A stretch of DNA of 64,000 bases from the NCBI GenBank assembly GCA_964270895.1, contig OZ185435.1; one strand, 5' to 3'. The notes under the pieces were generated by a model, which saw nothing but the letters and a program-made list of their open reading frames with translations, was not told the DNA's origin and did not search any database. The stretch is from Podarcis filfolensis. Taxonomy: Eukaryota. Each line of letters begins with the position of its first letter. Position 1 is the first letter of the stretch. A program made the position numbers and the translations under genes. Below are positions 48,451 through 60,604 of the stretch, piece after piece.

Positions 48451-48818
48451 GGGACGCGGGTGGCGCTGTGGGTAAAACCTCAGTGCCTAGGACTTGCCGA
48501 TCGTATGGTCGGCGGTTCGAATCCCCGCAGCGGATTCCGTCTTTCGGTCCCTCGGTCCCAGCTCCTGCCCACCTAGCAGTTCGAAAGCACCCCTAAGTGC
48601 AAGTAGATAAATAGGTACTGCTTATAGCGGGAAGGTAAACGGCGTTTCCGTGTGCTGCGCTGGTGCTGGCTCACCAGAGCAGCTTCGTCACGCTGGCCAC
48701 GTGACCCGGAAGTGTCTCCGGACAGTGCTGGCCCCCGGCCTCTTAAATGAGATGGGTGCACAACCCTAGAGTCGGACAAGACTGGCCCGTACGAGCAGAG
48801 GTACCCTTACCTTTACCT
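48451..48818 (+). mobile_element. Sauria/Squam1 SINE, full length, young
   Basis: tRNA-like head with A box tggcgctgtgg (48461-48471) and B box GGTTCGAATCC (48514-48524); typical body; (ACCTTT)-type tail. Confidence 0.92.
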
Positions 48819-48999
48819 TAAGTGACAAAAAGTAAATAGAACATGTGGTGAGGTAGTTCCATTAGCACAAAGTTTTCTGGCTGCACAATGGAACTGCAGC
48901 TTCCTTTCCACTCTCTGCAGCCCCCAGTCTGCTTGGGGTGTGGGTGGGTGTCCCCCAACCATCTGGAGCAGATTTGGGGAGGGCCAGGGGGCATGGGAA

Positions 49000-49697
49000 C
49001 CTTTTAATGAGGGTGAAAGAGGAGAGCGCAAAATATGGTCTGAAGCTCAACATTAAAAAAACGAAGATCATGGCCACTGGGCCAATCACCTCCTGGCAAA
49101 TAGAAGGGGAAGAAATGGAGGCGGTGAGAGATTTTACTTTCTTGGGCTCCATGATCACTGCAGCTCCTTGGGAGAAAGGCGATGGCAAACCTAGACAGCA
49201 TCTTAAAAAGCAGAGACATCACCTTGCCAACAAAGGTCCGTATAGTTAAACCCATGGTTATCCCAGTAGTGATGTATGGAAGTGAGAGCTGGACCATAAA
49301 GAAGGCTGATCGCCGAAGAATTGATGCTTTTGAATTATGGTGCTGGAGGAGACTCTTGAGAGTCCCATGGACTGCAAGAAGATCAAACGTATCCATTCTT
49401 AAGGAAATCAGCCCTGAGTGCTCACTGGAAGGACAGATCCTGAAGCTGAGGCTCCAATACTTTGGCCACCTCATGAGAAGAGAAGACTCCCTGGAAAAGG
49501 CCCTGATGTTGGGAAAGATGGAGGACACAAGAAGAAGGGGACGACAGAGGATGAGATGGTTGGACAGTGTTCTCGAAGCTACAAACATGAGTCTGACCAA
49601 ACTGCGGGAAGCAGTGGAAGAGAGGAGTGCCTGGCGTGCTCTGGTCCATGGGGTCACGAAGAGTTGGAGACGACTAAACGACTAAACAACAACAACA
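49000..49697 (+). mobile_element. 5'-truncated RTE-BovB LINE (3' end of ORF, RT C-terminal region) with (CAA)n tail
   Basis: ORFs 48938..49249 and 49182..49685 encode BovB-type peptides (LKLNIKKTKIM, VMYGSESWTIKKADRRRIDAFELWCWRRLLRVPW); target-site duplication agggggcatgggaa at 48986-48999 and 49698-49711. Confidence 0.95.
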
Positions 49698-51240
49698 AGG
49701 GGGCATGGGAAGAGCGGAAGAAGTTTGGTTGCAAAAATATAAATCCTAGCATTAACAGAGCTACTTGGTTGGATGCCTCCCCCAGTCCCTGGTAGCATTT
49801 GCATATGAAGGCTATGGTAGTTCATGGTTAAACCAAAACCTGGACATAAACCAGAGGGAACCAGTGTGCTGCCCTCCAGATATTGCTGGACTCCAACTCT
49901 CATCAGCACCAGCTATCATTGCAAAGGTCAAGAATGATGGGAGTTGCAATCTAGAAACATCTGGGGGTTCCACATTGTCTATCCCTGCTATCAACGTGTG
50001 ATGGAAAGAGAGTTCTATTGTGTGTTTTTATAACAATAATAAATGTTATTACTCTTGTGAGTTAGGCAATGTTTAGATAACTCTTTCACACTGGGCTCTG
50101 CAATATAGTATTCTGTGCACCAATTTAATCTTAAGTATTTATGTGCCACAGAGCTCTTCTTAGTATACTAGAGCAAATTAACATGGCTGGCCCCTTGGAA
50201 TCTGTGATTAAGTATTGCAACTTCTTGGTAGACCCATTGTGAAATCTGAACTCTGCCCTGGAGAATAACTTTTACAGATGCTTAGCAGCACTAGGCTGTG
50301 CTGAGATTTTGCAGAGTACATACCATACCGCTGTACTGGGAACCATCTTCTCAGCGCGGAGGATGAATAAAAGGGCACTTTTCTGGACAAGTGCCAGCCT
50401 CTGTTCTATGCAACTACAATGCAATTGCACTGGCTCTTTCCTAGGCTGGTATGGTGTGTATATATTATACATGTTTCTTGTAGTGCTCCCAAAGCCCACC
50501 ACCATCTTTCAGACTCCTAGTTAGACATTGTATCCCAGTTATGCTATTGCCAGGCCAAAGGGACTCTTAATGAAGCACTTGAGCAGAATGTGACCCCTCT
50601 CCCCCCACTCTGAATCCCATCTCATCTAGGAAGCACTGAGGCAGGAATTCAAGGGGGTGGGGGCAAAGCTCTGGCCAAACAATGTAGCATCTGTAACAGA
50701 GAGTCTATCTTTGGAAAAGTCATTGGCATTGCCCCACCCATGTGACCAGGCTCAGCTTGGCCCAAATGCATTTGCAAGGGTACTGAAGCAATTTGCCAGT
50801 GGCAGAGTGGACCAAGATATTTGGCTCAGCTGAAAGAAAACAAAGCAGTGACTTACGCTTAAAGGCGACGCATTTCCGAAAGGATACAAACTCTAAACAC
50901 AAGCCCTGAGTTTTCATTGGTAGCAAGATCTAATATCTCCATTTGCTTGATTTTCACTTGCAAAATCTTGAGGTTTTGCCACAAATTTCCTATGAGTTTT
51001 ATGTACCTGAATATTAGAAGTGGTATCCACTGCTAAAATTCTCCTTTGTACATACAAGCTTTCATTTTAGGAATAAAAGATGAAAGAATATCTCCTCTCT
51101 CATAGTTTTAAAGACAGACTTGAACTGGGGGACTCCCTTCATGCAGTGAGTTCTGCTATTGCCTGGTTTCTCTGCTGACATGTTAGTCACTGTCTTTGGG
51201 GGCAAAATAACTCATGGTAAAGATGATTGTGGCACAAATG

Positions 51241-51395
51241 ATGGGATCAGTAACAGAGCACATACTTTGCATGCAAAAAGACCCAGGTTTAATCGTCTCT
51301 AGCAATCTTAGCTCACAGGGTTGGGAAAGTTTCTATGTGAGACATTGGAGAGCCACTGCCAAGAGGAGTGACTAGATTTGTGCTATATGGAACTA
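51241..51395 (+). mobile_element. Diverged Squam2-like SINE
   Basis: gagcacatactttgcatgcaaaaagacccaggtttaatc...ggagagccactgcc. Confidence 0.55.
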
Positions 51396-52834
51396 TATGG
51401 ATGAGGAACTCCGCAAAACTCTAGTTCCAGACAAGATTGGCATACATGCAGTGCACCACCTGCAGCCTGACATTTTCCAGCAACCAGAGAAGGCAACACA
51501 TGGCCAGACAGCAGCTTCTGGCTGCAGCTATAGTAGCACTGGAGAAACATACTAATTCTGCTTCGGAAAAACAGCACAGGTTCAGGTGGGCTGTTCCTTA
51601 TCATACCCTCATGTCCTGCCACTTCATTCGGGGATGGGGGTGGAGACAGCAGAAGCACATTGCAAAGACAAGCTGCTTTCAGAGTTTCAGCCCTTCCAAT
51701 GTGCTTGTACACCAGGGAAGGATGGTGTCATAAGCCATGTGGAGATTTTCCTGGAGGGGATGGTCAGATCAGGCAGAAGGGGGAGATGAGCTCAAAGACC
51801 TGAAGCCCGATGACCTTGGGGAGGGTCCTAGCAGGTCAGGATCTGAAACCTTGGAGTCAGCCAAGGAGGAAGCCACAGGTGCAGAGTTGGATCCCATGGA
51901 GGGACCAGGTAGGTTGTCAGAGCAGGTACCCACCCTCGTGTCATCAGATGCTTCTGACCAGTCTCCTTCCATGCAGGAACCATCCTCCTGCCCAGGAGTC
52001 TGCACTCGCAGAGAAGATGGCACAAAGAGACTGCTCAATTGCTAGCCTCTTGAAGGAGTGCCTGTTTGCTCGCCCAGTCCAAAGATGCCTCTTGCTTGCT
52101 GCTCTAAAGTGGTACCTGCTCTACTCTTTAAAAAGGGCAGGGGGTGGCTCGTTTGTTGGATCAACGTAAAACCATAAAATTGTAGAGTTGGGAGGGATCC
52201 AGAGGGTCATCTAGTCCAACCCTCCCAATCTTCTCTTGCTTAGCCATGCATACCACCTGCTATGCCATTGAACCCATGCCACAGCAGAAACCATAAGTCA
52301 AGTTCTTCATCCAGCAAGGGGCAGGACAGGCAGCCGGCCGGGTGGGGGGTGGTAATGAGGGAGTAAACTTTAGATGTGCTCACATGACCATCCAAGATCA
52401 ACAGCTCAGCCATTTCAGCTGTGTAGCTGGCTCCTTACCTACTACATCTGTTAATCCAGTTAATAAAAGATCAAATCCAGACTGTGGCACAACATCCCCA
52501 GCTACTTTACAAAAGAAGGAAGCTGCTCTAGCAACCAACTGGCACACTTTTCTTGTGGCAGGCAGGAAGGGAATTCGAGTCTTTTTCTTATTTATCTACC
52601 CCCCCCCCACCCCCTTGAAAAGGAAGATCTTGCACATCACTGAGAACTGAACCATCATTGTCTGGAGAAACCTCCCATCCCTCTCTGTCTGTGTCTCTCA
52701 TGTTAGCATTCTGGCGATGAAGCTACCATCTGTCCCGCCTTGCTCTGACTTCCTCAACTTCATGCCAGCTACTCCTGACCACTAGGCACACACTTATTAT
52801 TGCTGTGCCAGAAACTCTGCATGCAGCTCCATCG

Positions 52835-52844
52835 CCAAATATGG
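52835..52844. promoter_or_regulatory. CArG box CCAAATATGG
   Basis: Exact CC(A/T)6GG of the type found in muscle actin/SM22 promoters; intronic; function untested. Confidence 0.35.
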
Positions 52845-55800
52845 CAAGAAAAACTGTAAATAAGGAATATTCTGCCTTCGTTCCAGTCCCACCCACCTAC
52901 CGCTCTGTGCTGGCCATGTTTTTTTTCCCCTTCTTTCTGACAAAAACTCCAGCTACAAAGAATTCCCAAAGGGTTTGGTTGTGTGTTCCTCAACCCCCCC
53001 CCCCCACTTAAATTAACAGGATGCATGCAAATACATTGCACACCTGGCCCTTCGTCACTCTGCTACAACAGCTGATAAAAGCAGACTGAACAAATATCTG
53101 CCTACATCCCAGCTTGTATCTCTGTATATCCTGGAGTACTTCAGACATTACTTAATAAATGGGCAACAGGAAGCAGTAGTAGATTTGCACTTCCTGCTCT
53201 TTGTGCTTGCTTGTAGTGTATGAAGAGAAAACTTGACCATTTCTCTCATCCTATCCCTCTCGCCTCCCATGTTGTGGAAAAAGGAGGTGTTGAGAACAGG
53301 GAGGGAAGCCCCAGATGGAAAGAAAGTAAGCAAAGCAAACTAAAGTAAAGTACTGAGACTTTCAGTAACCCGAGCATGAACTTGCATGGGCATCTGCTCA
53401 TGGAATCAACCTGGGGAATTACAAGTATCACAACTGATGGTTTAAAATTTGTGTATTTCAATATTTATACCCTGCCACTTTGCACCAAAGCACATCTGGG
53501 CAGTCTACAGCCAGATAACAAAAACATATTGCAGCAAGAACAACCAAATATTTCAGGGGATGGAGGCTTTGAGAGAGATTACCTGAAGTGAAATTTCCTG
53601 CAACCAGAAAGTGCTTCTATCCCTAGGCAGAAATTAATTGTCATTGTTCTCCTGCCACTGGCCTCTGCAGCCAAAAGTGGTGAGCAGATCATTGTGCAGT
53701 CAGTTTCTGCAGGGTTATGTACAGTCACCTCATGCCCATGGGACAAACACAGTCCTTTAGGCCTTTCTATTTAACCCTCAGAGCTCTGCCCATCTGCCCT
53801 CCCATTTCCCAGGATACACCCCTCACTGGCTTCGCACCCTCCTTGAGTGTTTTGACCTGGCTGGAATGTGTCCTTGACACCTCTCACTGGTCTAATGTAC
53901 AAAAATAAAATTCACATTCTTTCTTCTGTCCACTGCTTTTTCTGGCTTTGCCCACCCCTGGCATGTGGCCCTTGAAAGGCTGCCCATAAGGGAATGTGGC
54001 CCTCTGGCTGAACAGGGTTCCTCACTCCTGTTCTGACAGGTGCAATTTTATCCTGCCTACTCTAAAGTGTGTACAGAACTGCAACCTGAATCTATGCACT
54101 GTTAGCTTCCCTAACAATGATACTGCTATGGCAATGCTAGCCTAGATCTAACGTAGATGGGTATAGCCTTACAGCAGAGAGGAAATCCTGTTCTCTCCTT
54201 TCATTTTTTTTTCAAAATGAAGAACTCCTTGAGGTATGAAGTAGAAGTTCTCCAGCTGCGAGAAAAAGGGGAGTGGGGGAGGAGAGAGGAGCAAGAACAA
54301 TTCTCAATACCAAACCGAACTGAAGATGAGCCAAGCCTTCCTGAACAGATTTTTGGCTCAATTCACCTGAGTATTTTCCATGTGGCTGCCACGCCACATG
54401 GAAAGCCAACAATGAAAGGCTCAGCATTAGCAAATGCAATCCCAGTTCCCTCCTTTCTGCGCATCTTCCACCTTCTGAAACTACAGGATGCGTGACAAGC
54501 AGGGGGAAGCCATAAATACCAAAGATGAAGCAAGGACTCCTTTGAGATTTTCACAACCCATCCATTATCATTAATGTTTCCTTGCACATGGGATGAAGTG
54601 CTTTGAATGCTAATGACTCCAGAAATGGAAACCTTTGCTAACCTTACAAGGAAATGGAATGGGGTTCTACATGGAAGATGGGCCGTGAAGCTTAGGAACA
54701 TTCCAGGGTGATATTGTGGGGACTGTGCAGCACAGATGCATATAATAGGCCTTGCTGTTTCTCCATGCCTGAAAATTTATATTGCACATCCATTAGTTGG
54801 AGACAGTGCATTAGTTGGAGACAATTCTGCAAATGGGCTGGCATTTTCCAAAGGCTGGGAACAGTTTCTATTAATACTTGGGTCCCTATATAGATAGATT
54901 ATCCCCCAAACAACCTATCCTTGTTCTGTCCAATGCACTATTTGATTGCATGTGAACATTCTGTTTTCAGTTAAACTGCATCTAAAAAACTATTTAAGCA
55001 CCAAAGCTGTAAGTAGTCAGAGCTCTGCTAAACACTTTTCACATTTCTACAAAATCAAACAAACAAAGGAGGTTGAGGGGGCCCTGCTTCCATCATGGAT
55101 AATACAACTCAGTGCCTACACCGTATGGAAAGGAAAGGACTGTCAGGAAGAGGTGGGAGTTTGAGAAGGAGAGATCTGATGCAGCAGTTATTGCTTTATA
55201 GAGGCAGAAGTCAGAACCATCTGTGTCCATCTCAACAGCTACCCTAAGCTACCAGGCTATGAAGCATAATCCTCAGCATTTATCACCCTTATCACTTCAG
55301 TCTTTATAAAGGGATGTGGTCCCTGTGGCCCTTCAGATGTTGCTGGACTCCAACTCTTATCATCAGCACCAGCCAGCCTGGCTAATAGTCAGGAATGAGT
55401 GTAGGTGGAGGCCCACAATATCTGAAAGGCCACAGGTTTCCTCTACCCCCGGCCTAAATCTCCAGGCTCATAGTGTACCATGAAGTCTAGATAAAGCAGG
55501 TCAAAAAGGGATCTACAATAAGGAACTTTTCAGCGATGTGCAACTAGTTGGTTAAAGTAAGAAAGACAGACTACTAAAGTACAAAGGAAAACAAAACATA
55601 CCAACATTCACCCCCTGATATGGAATTGGATAGTGGGGGGATTGGCTAGGTATTGTCAATGCCAACACAATTGCTAGTGGGCTCAAGGGGTTCCTTTGTT
55701 ATATGCATGGAGTTCCCATCATCTCAGCACAGAATGGTGATCCACAACCACAGTGGATCAAGTGGATCAGATGCCCCTTCTGACATTCATTGGGGATATG

Positions 55801-57100
55801 CATGCAAGAGCTCTGTGAGAAAAGAATATCTGTCTATGAAGCCCCCCAAAAGAAAATATTTTCATCTCCTCAGCACCATCCTTAAACCTGAATGGGAGGG
55901 TGAGTAACATACACACTCCCAATAAAAATTAGTAACTCCAAGCATAAACAGATAATTTTAGGATTCAATAAATTACATCCGGGGGAAACAGGCCACAGAG
56001 GCCAATATAAATCACTACATTTCCCAAAGTTGATCCAATTTTCTGCTTGGCTGGTAATTGTGGTGATTTTACAACATTCCTCAAAACTCTTCCCCCCACC
56101 CCACAATAAACTGGCACATGCAAAAGAAGCTACAGAGTCTCTGATTCTCTGGAACAGCATCCAACGGGTATCCTTATATACCGAAAATATTCAGGCCATA
56201 GAATCATCCACCTTATTCATCACTCAGTAAAATTAATAACAATAGGCTTTTACTGGGTGAGATAAGCAGAAGCCAAACATTGCTGGTTTCAAAGTCACAT
56301 GCAGCATTGTTCCCATTCTACTGCAGTTCATCTTCCACCAAAGACTACATTTTTCATCTTGCTGTCCACTGTGGCAAAATCACATTATTTACACAATTAA
56401 TTACGTAAGTTACATTGCCATTATGTTATTGCACTCCATTCATTTCAATGCAAGGGGGGTGGGAATCAATGTAAATGGAGGGGAAGTAATCAATGATATA
56501 TCATTGGAGGAAAGAAAGCAACAGCAGCAACAAATACCAGTTGCACTCTCTGGATTGTTTTCTGTTCTAAACATGGGACGCATAAACAAACCTCAGCCAT
56601 TTCTACTCCTCTTTCCTTCTTCGTCAGAATTCTCCAACAGCCCTGTCCACCCCCACCCCAGCGTACACAACAAGGTCTCATCTCTGCTGCTTAGTTATAC
56701 ACAGTGAACACTCAACCCTATTTTTTTCCTGAAAGATGGTAAGCAAAGAACAACAACAACTCTCCACAGTTCTGGTGGGTAGGGACTTCTTTCTGCCCAT
56801 CCAAATGTAAATGCCAAAGCACTGTCTTTTGAGAAACTGGTCACAATTGCAGCCCGTTCTAGGAGCAGCATGGGTGAGCTCAAGCTGAACTACCCGGTAC
56901 GCCCACCATGTGTTCAAGTTGGTGAGCCCATGTGCCCAGCTTGCTCTCTTAGGCAGGAATCCAGACATTTCTCCATAGCCAGCAAGGATGGGAGGGAAGC
57001 CATGCCATTCCAGCCAGCTCATCGATAGCTGCAGCACTCGCTCTCACTCTCAGGCAGCTGAAGCATCCTGTCTCTATGGAACCTATCACTAACCTATCAC

Positions 57101-57330
57101 TCAGCCTGAGGACTTGGGTGAGAGACTCGGCAGAAATCTTGGCTTTGCTCTCTGGGCCTTATCATACACATCAGTCGGGCACTTCACAAACATCCATGCC
57201 ATCTGTTTCTTGGGCAGGGCCCGCTTGCTGCACGTGACCTTCAGGCCGTCCAGAAAATGCATCTGTTCCCACCTCTCCCCATTCCTCTTCGTACACTGGC
57301 TCTGAGGCAGACTGCCCGTGACAGTCTGTG
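57101..57330 (-). CDS. Candidate unannotated TNS1 alternative exon (terminal or poison): AQTVTGSLPQ...KPRFLPSLSPKSSG*
   Basis: Acceptor ctcctatccttgcccacatgcctag|CA; open for 76 codons in the phase delivered by the upstream exon; codons strongly GC3-biased and CpG-rich for intronic DNA. Confidence 0.45.
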
Positions 57331-58852
57331 CTAGGCATGTGGGCAAGGATAGGAGTGACCATGACTTAGCAACTGGGGTGAGGGGAACCCAAGGCAAAAT
57401 AAAACACCGTTGCCAAGTTTGTCGAGTGACCTCAGTGGAAACTGGCCCTAGGAAAAGGAACCCACCCTTTTGGTGTCATCATGGGATTCATCTGGAAAGG
57501 GAGCAAGCGGCAGATGATCTCAAGCCAATTTAATTCAGTTGGATGCAGAGGTCAAGGCAAAGGGGCTGCCTGACTAAAAGATGCATTTGCAGTGGCTACT
57601 TGCATTAGCAATTGCTTCCTTATAAATCAAACCAATTTTTGCCCACTAAGGGGAAATTCCAGACGCGACACTAAAAGCACTTTCTGAGCCGCGTATTGTG
57701 AGTGCTGCTAATGTGTAACAGGAAGCAAAAGAGGGAAAATGTAGGCTTTGCTTTCATATCACAAGCCACTTTTAAACAAAACCGATTTATGCATCACCAT
57801 GTGAAAATGTTGCATACATTGGTTCACACTGCTGTAACTAACATTTGGTTTTCAATAGGGCTGCAGGAAAAAGCCTCCTCCTCTTTTTACCTGTTCTGCC
57901 ACAGTCTTGCTGTACAGCTTTGGGTAGTTATGGTCAGAACAGTGGTTTATTCAACCCATTGTCCTGTTTCCAAAGTGTGTTTTAGAGTAATTCTCCCCCT
58001 CCCCTACCCCTCAAAAGCACATACAATACAGCCATTCACCCAAAGCCATTCATTCCCAAGCATCTAACAGACTGAGATTTAGGGAGATCCTGAGCATGAA
58101 GTTGGCAGTCCACTGATCATCTTTGTTGAACAGCTATTGCCATTTCAGAAAGTATTTAATCCTTATGGAGCTCTACTTACACTGCCACTATTGGCATCAT
58201 TCCATACCAGAGAGTTGCACAAAACAAAGTTTCTAAAAAAGACAGCCTAATGTATCAACTTCTGTGTCATATGCTCAGCAGTGGAATATCCCGCTGCCAA
58301 CCCTGTTTCAAAAAGTACCTGAATCTTTGATTTTCCAGAGCCCAACACGTTTTTGCAGCTACCTAAACGCAATGTTGTAGTATGTTGCCCATCTGTATAC
58401 TTGTTAATTCTTCTCCATCCCTTTTGTGTCATTCCACAACCAGTCGACCAACCCCACACAGACACTCCCCCTTTCAGACTAGTAAGTAGGAAGGCTACCG
58501 TCCAATTCCGGCATCTAAGTGAAGAAACTGTGCTCCTTCAAAAGTGTGGTCACAATATGGGAGACGGCTTGAAGTGGAAATTGCACAGACATTGTAACAT
58601 CGAGGTTTGGTTTTCAAGAACTCCCATTCAAAGACTGAAAGCAGAAATGCTTTGGGATAAGAATACTAGAAGGGGGGTGGAATGCCAATTAGACCCTGTG
58701 TAAGGATTGTGATCCCTTGCTTGACTCAGACCTTGTTTTAAACAAAGAGCATGAAAGCTAGCTCTTGTTGCACTAGCATCTCCTGTTCCTTCCCTCTCAG
58801 TATTGCTTTGTTTCCCTTGTCTCTCCCTCAATCCCTGTTCCAGTGACAGATC

Positions 58853-58920
58853 TGGACTGTAAGCTCCTTGGAGCAGAGGCCTGCTTCTTGCTTCTGTTTT
58901 TTAAAGTAACATGTGGATTC
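58853..58920 (+). mobile_element. Ancient L2 3'-end remnant
   Basis: gactgtaagctccttggagcagagg resembles the L2 terminal consensus GACTGTAAGCTCCTTGAGGGCAGG. Confidence 0.5.
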
Positions 58921-59539
58921 AGTAGCAGCTAGTGCTTCCTAGCACTGCATATTGCTGCTTACCAAGAGGGAGAAGGGTGAGGCAATAGGGAGCTTAGCAT
59001 GGTGCAGGTGAAGCTCCACCACTGCTCCTGCTCTGTGCCACATTCCCCACTGCCTTGCCACTCCACCTCAATGTAAGGGGCAGTGGCATTGGGAAGCCAG
59101 AAGAGCAAAAGATCAACATAGCCCCACCTGCACTGATTGTGCTGCATGAATGCTAGTGAACCATGAAGTCTTTTTCTGATAAGTTTCCAGAGTTCCCCTT
59201 TTTTGCATGAAAAGTATCGAGAAGCACTTCACAGATGCATACAATCATGTGCATTGTCCTAAAATGTTATTTGAAAATAGGGGAGGAATGCTGATGGGAG
59301 CTATAGATATCGCTATCTGAAGGGCACCAAAGGAAGCACATCCATCAATTTAAGACTTGGATCACAACGCTGAAGTGTAAGATGATGCTAGGCTTTATCT
59401 CATGCCCTCTTGAAAGTTTATCCCTAGTAATAGGCCAAAAAAATGCTTGCTTTCACTGAACTGGCATTTACCAGGTGGCACACGAGCACACCAGTACCCG
59501 TGAGCTAGGGTGTGTACAATGGGAGTCTGAGGCACCTAC

Positions 59540-59656
59540 CCTCCATGCTGTCTTCACGACGCATGTTGAAGTTTTCATAGGAGTCCCGGCGGATGAGCGG
59601 GTCAGAGGTGTTGTAGTCCACTGAGACGCTGGGACCGTTCTCGAGATGCTCCATGC
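59540..59656 (-). CDS. TNS1: Tensin-1 coding exon: (G)[38 protein letters not shown]
   Basis: 117 nt, phase 1/1; acceptor ttcctctgcag|GC ATG; donor GAG G|gtaggt; very close to the TNS1 sequence after the C2 domain. Confidence 0.96.
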
Positions 59657-59941
59657 CTGCAGAGGAAGGACAGCACGGTTTCAGCAACAGAGCTGGCTGA
59701 CACCTTCCAGTGCATGCCCAGTCACAGAAGAAGCCAGCAATGTGGTAAGGAAAAGATAAGAAGAAGGCAAGAGACAGAGGGAGCAAGACAAAGGGGAAAC
59801 AGAACCTGTAGAAGACAGATGATGCAAGGAAAACCCAGAACTGAGTCACAGTTAGGAATCAAAGGGTAGAGAGAGGGGAGCAGCACAAGGTTAGAGGCTG
59901 CAGGTGGGGTGTGCAGCTATGGAAGAGCCTGAGGACAAGCA

Positions 59942-60110
59942 AGGCTGTAGCTCAATGGCAGAGCATCTGATCCACATGCAGAAAATCCTAGGTTTAATCC
60001 CCAGCATCTCCCAGCAACCACAGTCTGAAACCCTGGAGAGCTACTACAGGTGTGGACAATACTAAGCTAGACAAACTAATAGTCCGACTGAGTATATGGC
60101 ATTTCTTAAG
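59942..60110 (+). mobile_element. tRNA-Ala-headed SINE (Squam2-like)
   Basis: gtagctcaatggcagagcatctg...catgcagaaaatcctaggtttaatccccagcatctcc head; gaaaccctggagagc body. Confidence 0.7.
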
Positions 60111-60538
60111 ACCAAGTGAAGTGCCACTCAGGCAAGGACCTAAGATGGATCTGGAAGATTTTATTCCCAGAAGAGTCCGCTGCGGACATTTGGGAATGCC
60201 ATGGATGAAGCCTCAATCAACCAGAGCAAGCATGAACGGGGAAAGAAGGTGTCTGCTGGTAAGGAAAAGCAGGACCAGGTGGCTCAACTGGATCAGCAGC
60301 TGGCTCTTAGTTATGATGGTGCTGGTGAACTGAAGCACCCTCTGCCCACCAGCAGCAATGACAAAGGGGAAGGGGAAGTCCCAACACAACGTTACCTGCC
60401 CTATCAGCAAAGAATGGCCAAGCTGTGAAGGAATCATGCGGGGAGCTCCATACACAGATCTGTAGGGTCTGGCAATGGGGAGGAAGCAGGGAATGGGAGC
60501 AGTAGGTGCCAGAGGTTGGTGATTAGAAAACACAGTAC

Positions 60539-60604
60539 CTTGAATCTTCTCAGGTCCATAGGAGAACACGAACTCCACCTTCCCATACTCTGGAAACCGC
60601 TCGT
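60539..60604 (-). CDS. TNS1: Tensin-1 coding exon, end of C2: (D)[21 protein letters not shown], containing the KVEF PP1-docking motif
   Basis: 66 nt, phase 1/1; acceptor ttcattgcag|AC; donor CAA G|gtactg; KVEF is the known tensin-1 PP1alpha-binding motif. Confidence 0.96.

Noticed and set aside
59505-59539. Read-through of the exon 59540 donor as an equivalent of the extra GTWAEPALPGKHLEK segment I recall in chicken tensin
   Set aside because: Reads [11 protein letters not shown] then stop; not similar and not open.
39025-60110. tRNA-like sequences at SINE heads
   Set aside because: Degenerate, no complete cloverleaf, and followed by SINE bodies; not tRNA genes.
60201-60428. Antisense 75-aa ORF in a short intron
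   Set aside because: No recognisable domain or splice context.
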